This document shows, piece by piece, positions 9,035 to 19,054 of a stretch of DNA of 64,000 nucleotides. The stretch comes from an uncultured Elusimicrobiaceae bacterium (lineage in GTDB: Bacteria > Elusimicrobiota > Elusimicrobia > Elusimicrobiales > UBA9959). The position numbers and the translations under genes were made by a program. Within the stretch, counting starts at the first letter, position 1. Each line of letters begins with the position of its first letter. The DNA is taken from the NCBI GenBank assembly GCA_964417965.1, contig CAYQJX010000002.1:80486-144485 (forward strand). Direction: 5' to 3'. A model generated the notes under the pieces. The model searched no databases, was not told the DNA's origin, and saw only the letters and a program-made list of their open reading frames with translations.

Positions 9035-10792
9035 TCAGCTCTGTGCTTCGTAGAGGCCTTTGTAGACCCCGTTGAGGGCCAGCAGTTCCTCGTGCGTGCC
9101 CGTCTCGGCCAGTTCGCCCTTCTTGAGAACAAAAATTTTGTCGGCGTTCCTCACCGTGGAGAGGCGGTGCGCCACCATTACCACCGTGCGGCCGCTCAGG
9201 ATGCGCTCTATGGCCGCCTGCACCGACTGCTCGCTCGCCGTATCCAGGTTCGAGGTCGCCTCGTCCAGCAGCAGGATCTTGGGCTTCTTGATGATCGCCC
9301 GCGCAATAGCCAGGCGCTGGCGCTGGCCGCCCGAAAGCTTGACGCCGCGCTCACCCAGCATGGTCTCGTAGCCCTGCGGCATCGCCGTAATGAAGGCGTG
9401 CGCGTCGGCCGCCCGCGCGGCCTCCTCCACCTCCGCCATCGTCGCGCCCGGGCGGCCGATGGTGATGTTCTTGTACACCGTGTCGTCGAAAAGGATCGTG
9501 TCCTGCGTCACCAGGCCCATGTGCTCGCGCAGGTCCGTGGTGTCCAGGTCCAGCATGTCGTGGCCGTCTATATCTACCCGGCCGGTGATAGGATCGAAGA
9601 AGCGCAGCAGCAGGTGGATGATGGTGGTCTTGCCCGAGCCGGACGGGCCCACAAAGGCCGCGACCTCGCCGGGCTTAATAGTGAACGACAGGTCCTTGAG
9701 CACCTGCGTGTCGCGCGACGGGTACTTGTAATTCACCTTCTGGAACTCTATCTTCCCGTCCAGGTGGTCTATGTTCTTGGTTTCGTGCTTCACCACCACG
9801 GCGGGCTTCTCCTCCAGGATCTGGTAGATGCGCTCCCAGGCCGCCAGCCCCTGCTGCAGCTTGGAATTGAGGTTGGAGATGTTCTTGAGCGGCATGTAGG
9901 CCGTCAGGAAGCCGCCCGAGAAAGAGAAGAACGTGGCCGTGCTCATGGTGCCGGCGAAGATGGCCTTGCCGCCCATGTAGATGATGCCGATGAGCACCAG
10001 GCCGCCCAGCAGCTCCATGATGGGGCCGCTGATGGTGGCGGCGCGCAGGTAGCGCATCATCTTGCCGAAGTAGGCGTCGTTGGAGACCTTGAACTTGGCG
10101 ATGGCCTGGTCCTCGTAGTTGAAGGCCTTCACCACCGTGATGCCCTGCAGGCTCTCCTGGAACTTGTGCGAGATCTCGCTCACTATCACGTTGCTTTCGG
10201 AGCTCGCCTTGCGCATCTTCTTGCCGAAGATCCCCAGCAGCAGCCCGGTGACCGGCAGGATGACCAGCGAGATCAGCGCGAACTGCCAGTCTATGTAGAA
10301 CAGCACGCCGATGCACGACACCACCGTCAGCACGTCGCGGATGCCGTAGAGCGGGATGAACTGCACCGTGCTCTGCACGTTGGTCAGGTCGTTGATCACG
10401 CGGCTCATCACGTCGGAGGAGCGGCGGCGCCAGTAGAACTCTATCGACAGGCGGTGGATGTGGGTGAAGAGGTCCTCGCGGATCTTCTGCACGGCCCGCT
10501 GGCCCACCCAGCTCATGGTATAGGTGTTGGTGTACTCGGCGACCATCTTGAGGATGAACAGGAACGGCAGGCCGATGACCACCATGTTCAGGATATCCAT
10601 CTTCTTGTCCACGAAGACGCCCTGGATGACCGGGCCCATGACGTAGACGATGCCGCCGCGGATGGCCGCCAGCAGCAGCATGGAGGCCGCGGCCTGCAGC
10701 ATCTTGGTCTTGTGCGGCTTGACGTAGCCGAAGAGGGACTTCAGTAATACCTTGAAGCGTTCTTTCTGGGCTTGCGGGTCTAGTTCTTGCAT
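9035..10792 (-). CDS. msbA: ABC transporter permease/ATPase, MsbA-like lipid A exporter
   Basis: Six-TM N-terminal domain. Walker A GPSGSGKTT, signature LSGGQRQRLAIARA and Walker B ILLLDEATSNLD. Sits adjacent to lpxB. Confidence 0.8.
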   Translation of the reverse strand: MQELDPQAQKERFKVLLKSLFGYVKPHKTKMLQAAASMLLLAAIRGGIVYVMGPVIQGVFVDKKMDILNMVVIGLPFLFILKMVAEYTNTYTMSWVGQRAVQKIREDLFTHIHRLSIEFYWRRRSSDVMSRVINDLTNVQSTVQFIPLYGIRDVLTVVSCIGVLFYIDWQFALISLVILPVTGLLLGIFGKKMRKASSESNVIVSEISHKFQESLQGITVVKAFNYEDQAIAKFKVSNDAYFGKMMRYLRAATISGPIMELLGGLVLIGIIYMGGKAIFAGTMSTATFFSFSGGFLTAYMPLKNISNLNSKLQQGLAAWERIYQILEEKPAVVVKHETKNIDHLDGKIEFQKVNYKYPSRDTQVLKDLSFTIKPGEVAAFVGPSGSGKTTIIHLLLRFFDPITGRVDIDGHDMLDLDTTDLREHMGLVTQDTILFDDTVYKNITIGRPGATMAEVEEAARAADAHAFITAMPQGYETMLGERGVKLSGGQRQRLAIARAIIKKPKILLLDEATSNLDTASEQSVQAAIERILSGRTVVMVAHRLSTVRNADKIFVLKKGELAETGTHEELLALNGVYKGLYEAQS

Positions 10793-10793
10793 G

Positions 10794-11942
10794 TCAGCTC
10801 AGGTAGGAGACTATCCGGGCGGCGGCCCGCTCGGCGGCGCCGCGCGAGCCCAGCATGGTCCGCAGGCCGATGAGCTCCTTGCGGGCGGCCTGCATGCGCG
10901 GCGGGTTGTTGATGTAGGAGAAGGCCTCCTGCGCCAGGCCGTCCACCGTGGCGGCTTCCTGGATCAGCTCCTTGACCGCGGGCTTCCTGAGCAGGATGTT
11001 GACGAGGGAGATATACTGCACCTTGGCGATGCGCTTGGCCACCGCGTAGGTGAGCCGCTGCATCTTGTAGGCCACGGCCATGGGCACGCCCAGCAGGCCG
11101 TTCTCCAGCGTGGCGGTGCCGGAGCAGGTGAAAGCGAAGTCCAGGGTGGCGCGTTCCTTGTAATCCTTCTCGCGCACGATCTCTATGTCCTTGGACCAGT
11201 ATTTTTCCACCGCCTCCAGCTGCGTCACCAGCAGCTCGTCCGGGAATTCCGGCACGGCGAACAGGTAGGCGCGGGCCTTGGGGTGCTGTTCCTTTATGCG
11301 GTAGAAGGCCTTTATGAAGAGCGGCAGGTGGCGCGAGATCTCGGTCTTGCGCGAGCCGGGCAGGATGCCTATGCGCCACTCCCCGTTGGCCGGGGGAAAA
11401 TCCTTGGCGGCCGGCTCCGGCATCAGGTCCAGCAGCGGGTGCCCGACGAAAGTGGCGTTGCCTTTTACTTTCTTGTAGAGCGCCTCCTCGAACGGGAAGA
11501 TCACGAAGATCTCCTTGGTGAGCTTGGCCAGCTTGGCGGCGCGGCCCGGGCGCGAGGCCCAGACCTGCGGGCTGATGTAGTAGAAAGCCGGGATCTTGCG
11601 GTGCGCGGCCAGGCCGAGCACCTGGTGGTTGAAGCCGTAGAAGTCCACGGCGATCACGCAGGAAGGGCGCTTCTCCTCCATGTAGCGGCGCACCAGCTTG
11701 ATCAGCTTGAACCAGAGGAAGAAATGCTTGAAAGGCTCGGCGAAGCCTACCGCCCCCACGGAGACCAGGTTGTAGAGGAAGCGGTTGCAGACTTCCTGCA
11801 TCCGCACGCCGCCCATGGCGGTGACGGTGATCTCGGGGTCCTTGGCGCGCAGGGCCTTTATCAGGTTGGCCGCGTGCAGGTCGCCGGAAGGGTCCCCGGC
11901 CACCACCAGTATGTTCTTGTTGGAGGGTGCGATCTTTGCCAT
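10794..11942 (-). CDS. lpxB: Lipid-A-disaccharide synthase
   Basis: 382 aa. The N-terminus ILVVAGDPSGDLHAANLIKAL is typical of LpxB. Lies within the lpx gene context. Confidence 0.9.
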   Translation of the reverse strand: MAKIAPSNKNILVVAGDPSGDLHAANLIKALRAKDPEITVTAMGGVRMQEVCNRFLYNLVSVGAVGFAEPFKHFFLWFKLIKLVRRYMEEKRPSCVIAVDFYGFNHQVLGLAAHRKIPAFYYISPQVWASRPGRAAKLAKLTKEIFVIFPFEEALYKKVKGNATFVGHPLLDLMPEPAAKDFPPANGEWRIGILPGSRKTEISRHLPLFIKAFYRIKEQHPKARAYLFAVPEFPDELLVTQLEAVEKYWSKDIEIVREKDYKERATLDFAFTCSGTATLENGLLGVPMAVAYKMQRLTYAVAKRIAKVQYISLVNILLRKPAVKELIQEAATVDGLAQEAFSYINNPPRMQAARKELIGLRTMLGSRGAAERAAARIVSYLS

Positions 11943-11946
11943 GGGT

Positions 11947-13011
11947 TTACTGTTTGTCTATGCCGGCGTTCTTGAGGCCTTCCTCTACCAGCACCTTGGC
12001 GGCGTTGCCCATGTCGGCCAGCGCGCCGGCCAGGGATTCGGGGGCCTCGTCGGTCTTGGAGCCGGAAACCTCGAAGCGGCGCATCTGGTTGGTGATGTCC
12101 AGCGCCAGGCGCAGCGCCTTCAGGCCCTTCTCGCCGCTGGGCGTGGGGGTCTTGGAGGTTTTGATGCAGTCTATGAAGTGCATCAGCTCTTCTTTGATAG
12201 GCTGCTTCGGAGCGAATTTAGGGTAGGCGATCTCTATGTCCTTGAGGGAGTTCACCACCGGGGTCTTCTTGGTGTAGATCTTCAGGCGGGAGCTGACGTA
12301 GTCCACCGAAATGTAGGCGTCCTGCTGGTAGATGCGCATGCGGCGGGCGGCTTCCATGGTGGCGCGGCTGGCGGTGATGTCGGCCACGCAGCCGTTCTTG
12401 AACTTTATGCGGACGTTGCAGATGTCCTCGTGGGCCGAGAGCATGCTGGCGCCGATGGCTTCGAAGGAGGCGATCTCGGAGTCGATCATCAGCAGGATGA
12501 TGTCGAGGTCGTGGATCATCAGGTCCAGCGTGACGCCGGTGGCGGCCACGCGGGGGTCGTACGGCCCCAGGCGCTCTATGGTGACGTAGCGCGGGTTCTT
12601 TACGTGCTTTAAGGTTTCTATGACCGCGGCGTTGAAGCGCTCGGAGTGGCCGACCTGCAGCACTACCTTGTTCTTCTCGGACAGCTCCAGCAGCTTGCGG
12701 GCGCCTTCCTCTGAATTAGTGATCGGTTTTTCCATCAGCACATGCACGCCGGCCGACAGGGCCTTGATGCCCAGGTCGGCGTGGTACTCGGTGGGGGCGG
12801 CTATCACGAGCGCGTCCACCTGGCTGAGCAGCTCCTCCACGGTTTTGTAGGCTACGCAGTTGTAGCGCCAGGCCAGCACCTGCGCTCTCAGCAGGTTGGG
12901 GTCCGAGATGCCGACCAGCTCGACTTCGGGCATCGTGGAAAGGGTGCGGGTGTGGAAACCGCCGAGCTTGCCGGCGCCTACCACTCCGAAACGCATTTTT
13001 TTATCAGCCAT
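11947..13011 (-). CDS. Gfo/Idh/MocA family NAD(P)-dependent oxidoreductase
   Basis: N-terminal Rossmann motif in MRFGVVGAGKLGGFH. 354 aa. Embedded in the lpx cluster. Confidence 0.85.
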   Translation of the reverse strand: MADKKMRFGVVGAGKLGGFHTRTLSTMPEVELVGISDPNLLRAQVLAWRYNCVAYKTVEELLSQVDALVIAAPTEYHADLGIKALSAGVHVLMEKPITNSEEGARKLLELSEKNKVVLQVGHSERFNAAVIETLKHVKNPRYVTIERLGPYDPRVAATGVTLDLMIHDLDIILLMIDSEIASFEAIGASMLSAHEDICNVRIKFKNGCVADITASRATMEAARRMRIYQQDAYISVDYVSSRLKIYTKKTPVVNSLKDIEIAYPKFAPKQPIKEELMHFIDCIKTSKTPTPSGEKGLKALRLALDITNQMRRFEVSGSKTDEAPESLAGALADMGNAAKVLVEEGLKNAGIDKQ

Positions 13012-13116
13012 GTTGTCCTCTGGAACCGAAAAATGACGGTGAAACCCGGGCTTAAAGCCCGCGGCTATCTTATTATTCTACTAAAAATGGAGGAATACGG
13101 GCTGCCGGGCGCCGCC

Positions 13117-13143
13117 CCGCGGCCTGCCGGAGGCAGGCCGCGG
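13117..13143 (-). terminator. GC hairpin downstream of glgB (no U-tract)
   Basis: Perfect 12-bp stem ccgcggcctgcc / ggcaggccgcgg with a 3-nt loop. There is no clear U-run on the minus strand, so function as a terminator is uncertain. Confidence 0.3.
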
Positions 13144-13151
13144 AGAGCCGC

Positions 13152-15053
13152 TTATTCCGGGCTGAAGAAGAGGATGGAGAGCGGCGGGAGCGTGATCTTG
13201 AGCGAGAAGGGCCGGCCGTGGGCCTGCAGCTGCTCCGCCTGCACGCCGCCGAAGTTACCCATGCCGCTGCCGCAGTAATCCGGGGCGTCGCTGTTGAGCA
13301 GCTCCCGCCAGAAACCATCCTTCGGCACGCCTACCCGGTAGTCCACGCGGGCCAGCGGGGTGAAGTTGCAGACGGCGAGCACTGCCCCGCCGGAAGAGTC
13401 CTTGCGCAGGAAAGCGGTGACGCTCTGCTGGGAGTCGTTGGCGTCTACCCATTCGAAACCGGCCGGGCTGCAGTTGAGCTCGTGCAGGGCGGGCTCGCCC
13501 CGGTACAGCGCGTTGAGGTCCTTTACCCACAGCCGCATGCCGCGGTGCGGGCCGTGCTCCGCCTGGTGCCAGTCGAGGCTCTGGTCGTGCTTCCACTCTC
13601 CCCACTGGGCGAACTCGTTGCCCATGAACATCAGTTTCTGGCCGGGCTGGGCGTACATGGCGCCGTAGAGCAGGCGCAGGTTGGCGAACTTCTGCCAGTC
13701 GTCGCCGGCCATCTTGGCCAGCATGGAGCCTTTGCCGTGCACGGTCTCGTCGTGCGAGAGCGGCAGCGTGAAGTTCTCGCCCCAGGCGTAGAGCATCCTG
13801 AAGGTGAGGCTGTTGTGGTGGTACTTGCGGTACACCGGGTCCTTGGCGAAATACTGCAGCGTGTCGTGCATCCAACCCATGTCCCACTTGAGGCCGAAGC
13901 CGAGGCCGCCCAGGTACGTCGGGCGCGAGACCATGGGCCAGGAGGTGGATTCCTCGGCGTAGGTCTGCGTGTCGGGGAAGTTCTGGTAGACCACCTGGTT
14001 GAACTGCTTCAGGAAGGCGATGGCCTCCAGGTTCTCGTTGCCGCCGTGCTTGTTGGGCACCCATTCGCCGGCTTTGCGGGAGTAGTCGAGGTAGAGCATG
14101 GAGGCCACGGCGTCCACGCGCAGGCCGTCGACGTGGTATTTGTCCAGCCAGAACATCGCCGAGGAGAGTAGGAAGCTCTTTACCTCTTTGCGGCCGAAGT
14201 TGAAGATGGAACTCTTCCAGTCCGGGTGGAAGCCCTGGCGCGGGTCGGCGTGCTCGTAGAGGTGCGTGCCGTCGAAGAAGCCCAGGCCGTGCGGGTCCGC
14301 CGGGAAATGGGCGGGGACCCAGTCCAGGATCACGCCGATGCCGGCCTGGTGCAGGGTGTCGATGAGGAACATCAGGTCCTGCGGCGAGCCGTAGCGGCTG
14401 GTCGGGGAAAAATAGCCTATGGTCTGGTAGCCCCAGGAGCCGTAGAACGGGTGCTCGGTCACCGGCATGAATTCCACGTGGGTGAAGCCGGTGTCCTTTA
14501 CGTAGGCGGTCAGTTTTTCGGCGAGCTCGCGGTAGGTGAGCCAGCGGTCGCCGTCCTCGGGCACGCGCATCCAGGAGCCAAGGTGTACCTCGTAGATGGA
14601 GACGGGGCTTTTGAGCCCGTTCTTCACGGCCCGGCCCTTCATCCAGTCCCCGTCGTTCCAGGTGTAATCCAGCCCGCGCACCACTGAAGCGGTCTTGGGC
14701 GGGGTTTCCGAGGCGAAGGCGAAAGGGTCCGCCTTCTCTGACTTGAAATCCTTGTAGCGCGAGACGATGTAATACTTGTAGTTGGCGCCTTCCCTCACGC
14801 CGGGCACGAAGCCCTCCCAGATGCCGGAGGAGGCGTGCTGGCGCAGCGGGTGGGAACCCTTGTTCCAGCCGTTGAAGTCGCCCATCACAAAAACTTCCTT
14901 CGCGTTGGGCGCCCAGACGGCGAAATTGGTGCCTTCGGTCCCGTCGAGGGTGAAGGGATGCGCGCCCAGCCGCTCGTAGAGGCGCAGGTGGTTGCCTTCG
15001 TTGAACAGGTAGAGGTCCTGGTCGGTGAGCAGGTTCTTGTTATCGGTCGGCAT
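13152..15053 (-). CDS. glgB: 1,4-alpha-glucan branching enzyme (GH13)
   Basis: 633 aa with [54 protein letters not shown] and [11 protein letters not shown]. Confidence 0.95.
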   Translation of the reverse strand: MPTDNKNLLTDQDLYLFNEGNHLRLYERLGAHPFTLDGTEGTNFAVWAPNAKEVFVMGDFNGWNKGSHPLRQHASSGIWEGFVPGVREGANYKYYIVSRYKDFKSEKADPFAFASETPPKTASVVRGLDYTWNDGDWMKGRAVKNGLKSPVSIYEVHLGSWMRVPEDGDRWLTYRELAEKLTAYVKDTGFTHVEFMPVTEHPFYGSWGYQTIGYFSPTSRYGSPQDLMFLIDTLHQAGIGVILDWVPAHFPADPHGLGFFDGTHLYEHADPRQGFHPDWKSSIFNFGRKEVKSFLLSSAMFWLDKYHVDGLRVDAVASMLYLDYSRKAGEWVPNKHGGNENLEAIAFLKQFNQVVYQNFPDTQTYAEESTSWPMVSRPTYLGGLGFGLKWDMGWMHDTLQYFAKDPVYRKYHHNSLTFRMLYAWGENFTLPLSHDETVHGKGSMLAKMAGDDWQKFANLRLLYGAMYAQPGQKLMFMGNEFAQWGEWKHDQSLDWHQAEHGPHRGMRLWVKDLNALYRGEPALHELNCSPAGFEWVDANDSQQSVTAFLRKDSSGGAVLAVCNFTPLARVDYRVGVPKDGFWRELLNSDAPDYCGSGMGNFGGVQAEQLQAHGRPFSLKITLPPLSILFFSPE

Positions 15054-15057
15054 GGTT

Positions 15058-15702
15058 TTACCTTTGCGCGGCGAGCAGCGCTTCCGCTTCTTCGGTCAGC
15101 CTGTTGAGGGTGTTCTCCACTTCCAGCGCCTTGGCGGCGGTGTCGTCGGTCTCGGCCACGTGTATCGGCTCGCCGTAGACCGCTTCTATGCGGCCGAAGG
15201 GCAGGGGGAACTGGTAGCGGTCCCAGTTGCGCAGGACTTTCTTGTTGGAAAGGGCGCAGGCGGCGGGGATGATGGGCACGCCGGCCTTCTGGGCGATGAA
15301 GATTATGCCGGGATGAACTTTAAAGATGGGGCCCTTCGGGCCGTCGGGGGTGACGGCAATGGAGTGGCCGGCCCGGGCCGCCTTGGTGAGCGCGCGCAGG
15401 GCCTGGGAACCGCCGGTGGAGGAAGAGCCGCGTATCACGTTGAAGCCCATGCCGAGCAGGATGCGGGCCATGTACTCGCCGTCCTTGCTCTGGCTGACCA
15501 GGCCGCAGATGCCGCTGTTGCGGTGCAGCCAGATCAGCAGCACTTCCTGGCGGTGCCACAGCGCGTAGACAGCGGGGCCGGGGTAGTCTTTGCGCCCTTT
15601 GACGGTAATGCGGGAGGTCAAGCCGAGGACCCGCAGGTAGAGGCGCGCCAGCAGTGACAGCAGCCAGTGCGCGGGGGAGTTCTTATAGAGCAGTTCGTTC
15701 AT
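15058..15702 (-). CDS. DUF374 / lysophospholipid acyltransferase-like protein
   Basis: 214 aa with ALWHRQ and VTPDGPKGP motifs, which I associate with DUF374 proteins of LPS loci. Confidence 0.7.
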   Translation of the reverse strand: MNELLYKNSPAHWLLSLLARLYLRVLGLTSRITVKGRKDYPGPAVYALWHRQEVLLIWLHRNSGICGLVSQSKDGEYMARILLGMGFNVIRGSSSTGGSQALRALTKAARAGHSIAVTPDGPKGPIFKVHPGIIFIAQKAGVPIIPAACALSNKKVLRNWDRYQFPLPFGRIEAVYGEPIHVAETDDTAAKALEVENTLNRLTEEAEALLAAQR

Positions 15703-16541
15703 TTTCCGGGGAAGACCGAGTCGTCCGCGCCCAGTACCGTTACGCCCGTTTCTTTGGCGGCGGCGAGGAATTCATCCATGCCGAGGATGAGGGTTTTGCC
15801 GGCCTCTATCACCAGGGTGGCCGCGCCGGATTCTTTCATCACGTGCAGGGTGCGGGCGCCGGCCACCGGCAGGTCAAAGCGCATGTCCTGGTCCGGGCGG
15901 GCGACTTTTACCACGGTGAGGGTGGAGCCGCCCCGGCCTTTGGTCAGCCCGCCGGCGCGGCGGATGCACTCGTCGGTGCCTTCCATGCCCTCGGCGGCGA
16001 TAACGGTCTGGTCCCGCAGCACCACGGTAAGGCCGATGTCCAGGGCGGCTATGGCTTTGGCCGCCCGCCAGCCGTAGGCGGCTGTTTTCAGCGTGCCGGC
16101 GTCGGGCTTTTTTCCGGCCAGCAGCCCGGGCTTTACCAGCAGGTGGCCGAGCAGGGTGGCGGAACTCACTATCTCTATCCCGTCGGAGGCCAGTTCTTCG
16201 GCCACGGCGGAGAAGATGGCCTTGGCTTTTTTGTCCCGCAGTTTGAAAAGGAGTTTGGCCGCGCGCAGGTCGGGCACTATGCCGCCGAAGATGTTGACGT
16301 GCGGGATCTGGCCGATCATCAGCGCTTTCTTCACGCCGCTGTCCCGGAGAAAATCTATCGGGCCGCCCACGTTGCCGAGGCGGAACCAGCGGGTCTCTAC
16401 GGCGTACTGCTCTATCTCTTTGGGGGAAATATCGTTAAGGCCGACGACAAAGACGTCGAGGCCGGCTTTTTTGGCCTCGGCCGCGAACAGCAGCGGGAAG
16501 CTCCCGCCGCCGGCTATCAGGCCTATTTTTTCATTGCTCAT
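15699..16541 (-). CDS. lpxI: UDP-2,3-diacylglucosamine diphosphatase LpxI (DUF1009)
   Basis: N-terminus IGLIAGGGSFPLLFAAEAKKAG. 280 aa. Located between lpxA and lpxB, as is usual for lpxI. Confidence 0.8.
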   Translation of the reverse strand: MSNEKIGLIAGGGSFPLLFAAEAKKAGLDVFVVGLNDISPKEIEQYAVETRWFRLGNVGGPIDFLRDSGVKKALMIGQIPHVNIFGGIVPDLRAAKLLFKLRDKKAKAIFSAVAEELASDGIEIVSSATLLGHLLVKPGLLAGKKPDAGTLKTAAYGWRAAKAIAALDIGLTVVLRDQTVIAAEGMEGTDECIRRAGGLTKGRGGSTLTVVKVARPDQDMRFDLPVAGARTLHVMKESGAATLVIEAGKTLILGMDEFLAAAKETGVTVLGADDSVFPGK

Positions 16542-16569
16542 TTTACACGCGGCCCGCGCCGCTTCCTGG

Positions 16570-17382
16570 TCAGTCTTCCAGCGCTCCGGCGTTGCGGCGC
16601 GGCCGGGCTATGCCGCGCTTGGAACCCTCTATGAAGTCCAGTATCAGCGCGGCCTGCGGCGGCAAGTTCTCCCCGCGGAGCCGCGCGATGGCGTCCTTCA
16701 GCAGGAGACCCTGGAAGAACAGCGTCTTGAAAACGTGCTTTATGGACTTTATCTGCTCCGGGGTGAAGCCGTTGCGGCGCAGGCCGACCACGTTGAGCGT
16801 CACCGGGCGGGCGCGGTCGCCCTGCGCTATAACGTAGGGGATGATGTCCTGGTTCACCATGCCGCCGCCGGAGACCATGGCGTACGCGCCTATGCGGGTG
16901 AACTGGTGGATGCCCACGAGGCCGGAGATGGTTGCCCTGTCGCCGATGTGCACGTGGCCGGCCGGGGCGGAGGAATTCACGAGGATGACGTTATTGCCCA
17001 CGCGGCAGTCGTGGCCGAGGTGGGAGTTGGCCATCAGCATGCAGTTCGAGCCCATGGAGGTGAGGTTGGTGGCGTGCGAGCCGCGGTGCAGCGTCACGTT
17101 CTCGCGGATGACGTTGCTGTCGCCCATGGTGAAGCGGGTGTGCTCGCCGTGGTAGGACCAGTCCTGGGGCGGCATGCCCACGTAGGCGGCGCCGGTGAAC
17201 AAGTTGTTCTTGCCGACGGTGCAGAACTCGAAGATGCAGTGCGGGCCTATCTTGGTGCCGTCGCCTATCTGCACGTCCTCGCCTATCACTACGAACGGGC
17301 CTATCTCCACGTTTTCGCCGATCTGCGCCTTGGGGTCTATTACCGCGGTCGGGTGTATCTTAGTGGGCATTGTCTCCTCCAA
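16570..17382 (-). CDS. lpxA: Acyl-ACP--UDP-N-acetylglucosamine O-acyltransferase
   Basis: Left-handed beta-helix hexapeptide repeats (IHPTAVIDPKAQIGENVEIGPFVVIGEDVQIGDGTKIGPH) plus a helical C-terminal domain. 270 aa. Confidence 0.9.
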   Translation of the reverse strand: MEETMPTKIHPTAVIDPKAQIGENVEIGPFVVIGEDVQIGDGTKIGPHCIFEFCTVGKNNLFTGAAYVGMPPQDWSYHGEHTRFTMGDSNVIRENVTLHRGSHATNLTSMGSNCMLMANSHLGHDCRVGNNVILVNSSAPAGHVHIGDRATISGLVGIHQFTRIGAYAMVSGGGMVNQDIIPYVIAQGDRARPVTLNVVGLRRNGFTPEQIKSIKHVFKTLFFQGLLLKDAIARLRGENLPPQAALILDFIEGSKRGIARPRRNAGALED

Positions 17383-17398
17383 AAAGTTGTCTGAAATT

Positions 17399-17860
17399 TT
17401 AACCTATCGCGAAGGTCAGTTCGGCTTCGGCGGCGGATTCGTCGCCTACCCAGGCCTCGGCCCTGACCTTGCCGAGGTGGCTTTTCATGCGGAGTATCTC
17501 CACATGCATCTTCATCACGTCGCCGGGCACCACCTGGCGGCGGAACTTGGCGCGGCTGATGCCGGCGAAAAAGCCGAGGCGGCCCTTGGTTTCGGGCAGG
17601 TCCATCATCATGGCGGCCGCGGTCTGGGCCATGCCCTCAAGCATGAGCACGCCGGGCATGATGGGCTTTTCCGGGAAATGGCCGTGGAAATAAAGTTCGT
17701 TGGCGCTGACGCACTTTACGCCGACGCAGTACTTGCCTTCCTCCACCACCTCCACTCGGTCCACCATCATGAAGGGATAGCGATGGGGGATAATTTTAAG
17801 TATTTCCTCGCAGGAGATGACGCGTACGGGCTTATAGTGGCGGGGCTTGGTTTCGGTCAT
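17399..17860 (-). CDS. fabZ: 3-hydroxyacyl-ACP dehydratase
   Basis: 153 aa. Hot-dog signature in LYFHGHFPEKPIMPGVLMLEGMAQ. Confidence 0.95.
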   Translation of the reverse strand: MTETKPRHYKPVRVISCEEILKIIPHRYPFMMVDRVEVVEEGKYCVGVKCVSANELYFHGHFPEKPIMPGVLMLEGMAQTAAAMMMDLPETKGRLGFFAGISRAKFRRQVVPGDVMKMHVEILRMKSHLGKVRAEAWVGDESAAEAELTFAIG

Positions 17861-18693
17861 ACGGTTTGGGCCTTTTCCAATAATAGTTTAGCAAAATTGA
17901 CATTGGCGGCGTGCCCGGGGCGCTCGGCTTCAATATAGATATCTTTGAGCGGCAGGCCGGTCAGCGCCAGGTCGCCTATGAGGTCCAGCAGCTTGTGCCG
18001 GGCGAATTCTTCGGCGAAGCGCAGGCCGCCCTTGGCCATTATTTCGTTCTCGGCGATGACCACGGCGTTGTCCAGCGAACCGCCGAGGGCCAGGCCGGCC
18101 TTCTTGAGGGCTTCGAGCTCGTGGGAGAAGCCGAAAGTGCGGGCGGGGGCGACGCGGACCAGGTATTCTTCGGGAGTGAGGGTGAACTCTATGACTTGTT
18201 TGCCTACCAGCTTGTGTGGGTAGTCGTAGGTGAGTTTAAAGAATACGCCGTGCTGCATGGGCCTGGCCAGGAAGCGGGTGTCGCCCTTGGCCATCTCCAG
18301 CTGACCGGTGAGGGACAGGGTTTTGCGCTCCTGGTCCGGTTTTTCTTTCAGCCCGGCCTTGTGCAGGGCGGTGGCGAAGGCCAGCGCCGAGCCGTCAGCG
18401 GCGGGCGGCTCCTCCCCGGTGATCTCTATGTCGAGGTCGTCTATGCCGAGCCCGGCGGCGGCCGACAGCAAATGCTCTACGGTATAAATTGTGTTCTTGC
18501 CGTCGGTAATATTAGTCCCGCGCACCGTCCCCGCCACCCGGTCGAGCCTGGCGGGCAGGGGTTCTTTAAAGAGGGGGGAGAGGAACCGGTACCCGGTAGC
18601 CCCCTCGGCCGGCAGAAAAGTAACCTTGGCAGGCTTGCCCTTATGCAGCCCTATCCCTTCAATCGTCGCCGGTGTTTTTATCGTTGTTCTCAT
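17857..18693 (-). CDS. lpxC: UDP-3-O-acyl-N-acetylglucosamine deacetylase
   Basis: 278 aa with TIKTPATIEGIGLHKGKPAKVTF and FARHKLLDLIGDLAL. Has a 4-nt overlap with fabZ. Confidence 0.95.
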   Translation of the reverse strand: MRTTIKTPATIEGIGLHKGKPAKVTFLPAEGATGYRFLSPLFKEPLPARLDRVAGTVRGTNITDGKNTIYTVEHLLSAAAGLGIDDLDIEITGEEPPAADGSALAFATALHKAGLKEKPDQERKTLSLTGQLEMAKGDTRFLARPMQHGVFFKLTYDYPHKLVGKQVIEFTLTPEEYLVRVAPARTFGFSHELEALKKAGLALGGSLDNAVVIAENEIMAKGGLRFAEEFARHKLLDLIGDLALTGLPLKDIYIEAERPGHAANVNFAKLLLEKAQTV

Positions 18694-18722
18694 TGAATAT
18701 AGTTCCGCGAGATGCTCGGTCA

Positions 18723-18851
18723 GGTCCTGAACAGGGAGGGGTCCGCGCTCCTGGGCAGAAGGGAACCGTTGCGCGGTTCCCCCCGCCCTTGGGAAATTAT
18801 GGGCGGGACCCCCTTCCCCAAAGTCGCACGGACCCCTCCCTGTTCAGGACC
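18723..18851. other. 129-nt structured element with a perfect 23-bp closing inverted repeat and two internal hairpins
   Basis: Closing stem ggtcctgaacagggaggggtccg (18723-18745) / cggacccctccctgttcaggacc (18829-18851). Internal hairpins are gggaaccg-ttgcg-cggttccc and cccgccc-N12-gggcggg. Only one copy is seen in this window. Confidence 0.6.
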
Positions 18852-18898
18852 TTCCGGATGCTTCCCCGACTCTGTAACAGTGTTGATATCGGCGGAGA

Positions 18899-19019
18899 GC
18901 GCGGGCGTCGGGTCCCAAAAAGCCTGTCGGAGGCCGACGCTTGCATAGCGCGGAGGCCGAGACGGGCAGCCGCGAGCACGGTGTGCGAGACGGCGGTTTT
19001 TGGGACCCGATGCCCGCGC
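18899..19019 (+). repeat. Structured repeat family, copy B (121 nt, most diverged)
   Basis: Closing stem gcgcgggcgtcgggtcccaaaaa (18899-18921) / tttttgggacccgatgcccgcgc (18997-19019), with 1 G-U. The core ggaggccgacgcttgcatagcgcggaggccgag...gcacggtgtg aligns to copies A and C. Confidence 0.7.
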
Positions 19020-19054
19020 TAGGCCGCCCAATGTTAAACCTACTTAAAAGAACG

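Noticed and set aside
18723-18851. MITE interpretation of the 23-bp terminal inverted repeats.
   Set aside because: This is not adopted as the call. No target-site duplication is visible at the flanks (…tca | … | ttc…) and no second copy is present in this window. It remains possible.
18845-18866. SRP (4.5S) RNA domain IV-like string caggacc-ttcc-ggatgcttcc.
   Set aside because: It superficially resembles CAGGUCC-GGAA-GGAAGCAGC. However, the loop is not GNRA on this strand, the third closing pair would be A-A, and the flanks do not form the expected long imperfect helix.
18694-19054. RNase P RNA, tmRNA or 6S RNA in the lpxC-lpxD spacer.
   Set aside because: I could find no GGAAAGUCCGG / ACAGAACCCGGCUUA-type RNase P motifs. 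There is no tRNA-like acceptor/T-arm end or tag ORF for tmRNA. Perfect 23-bp stems are also unlike the bulged helices of 6S RNA.
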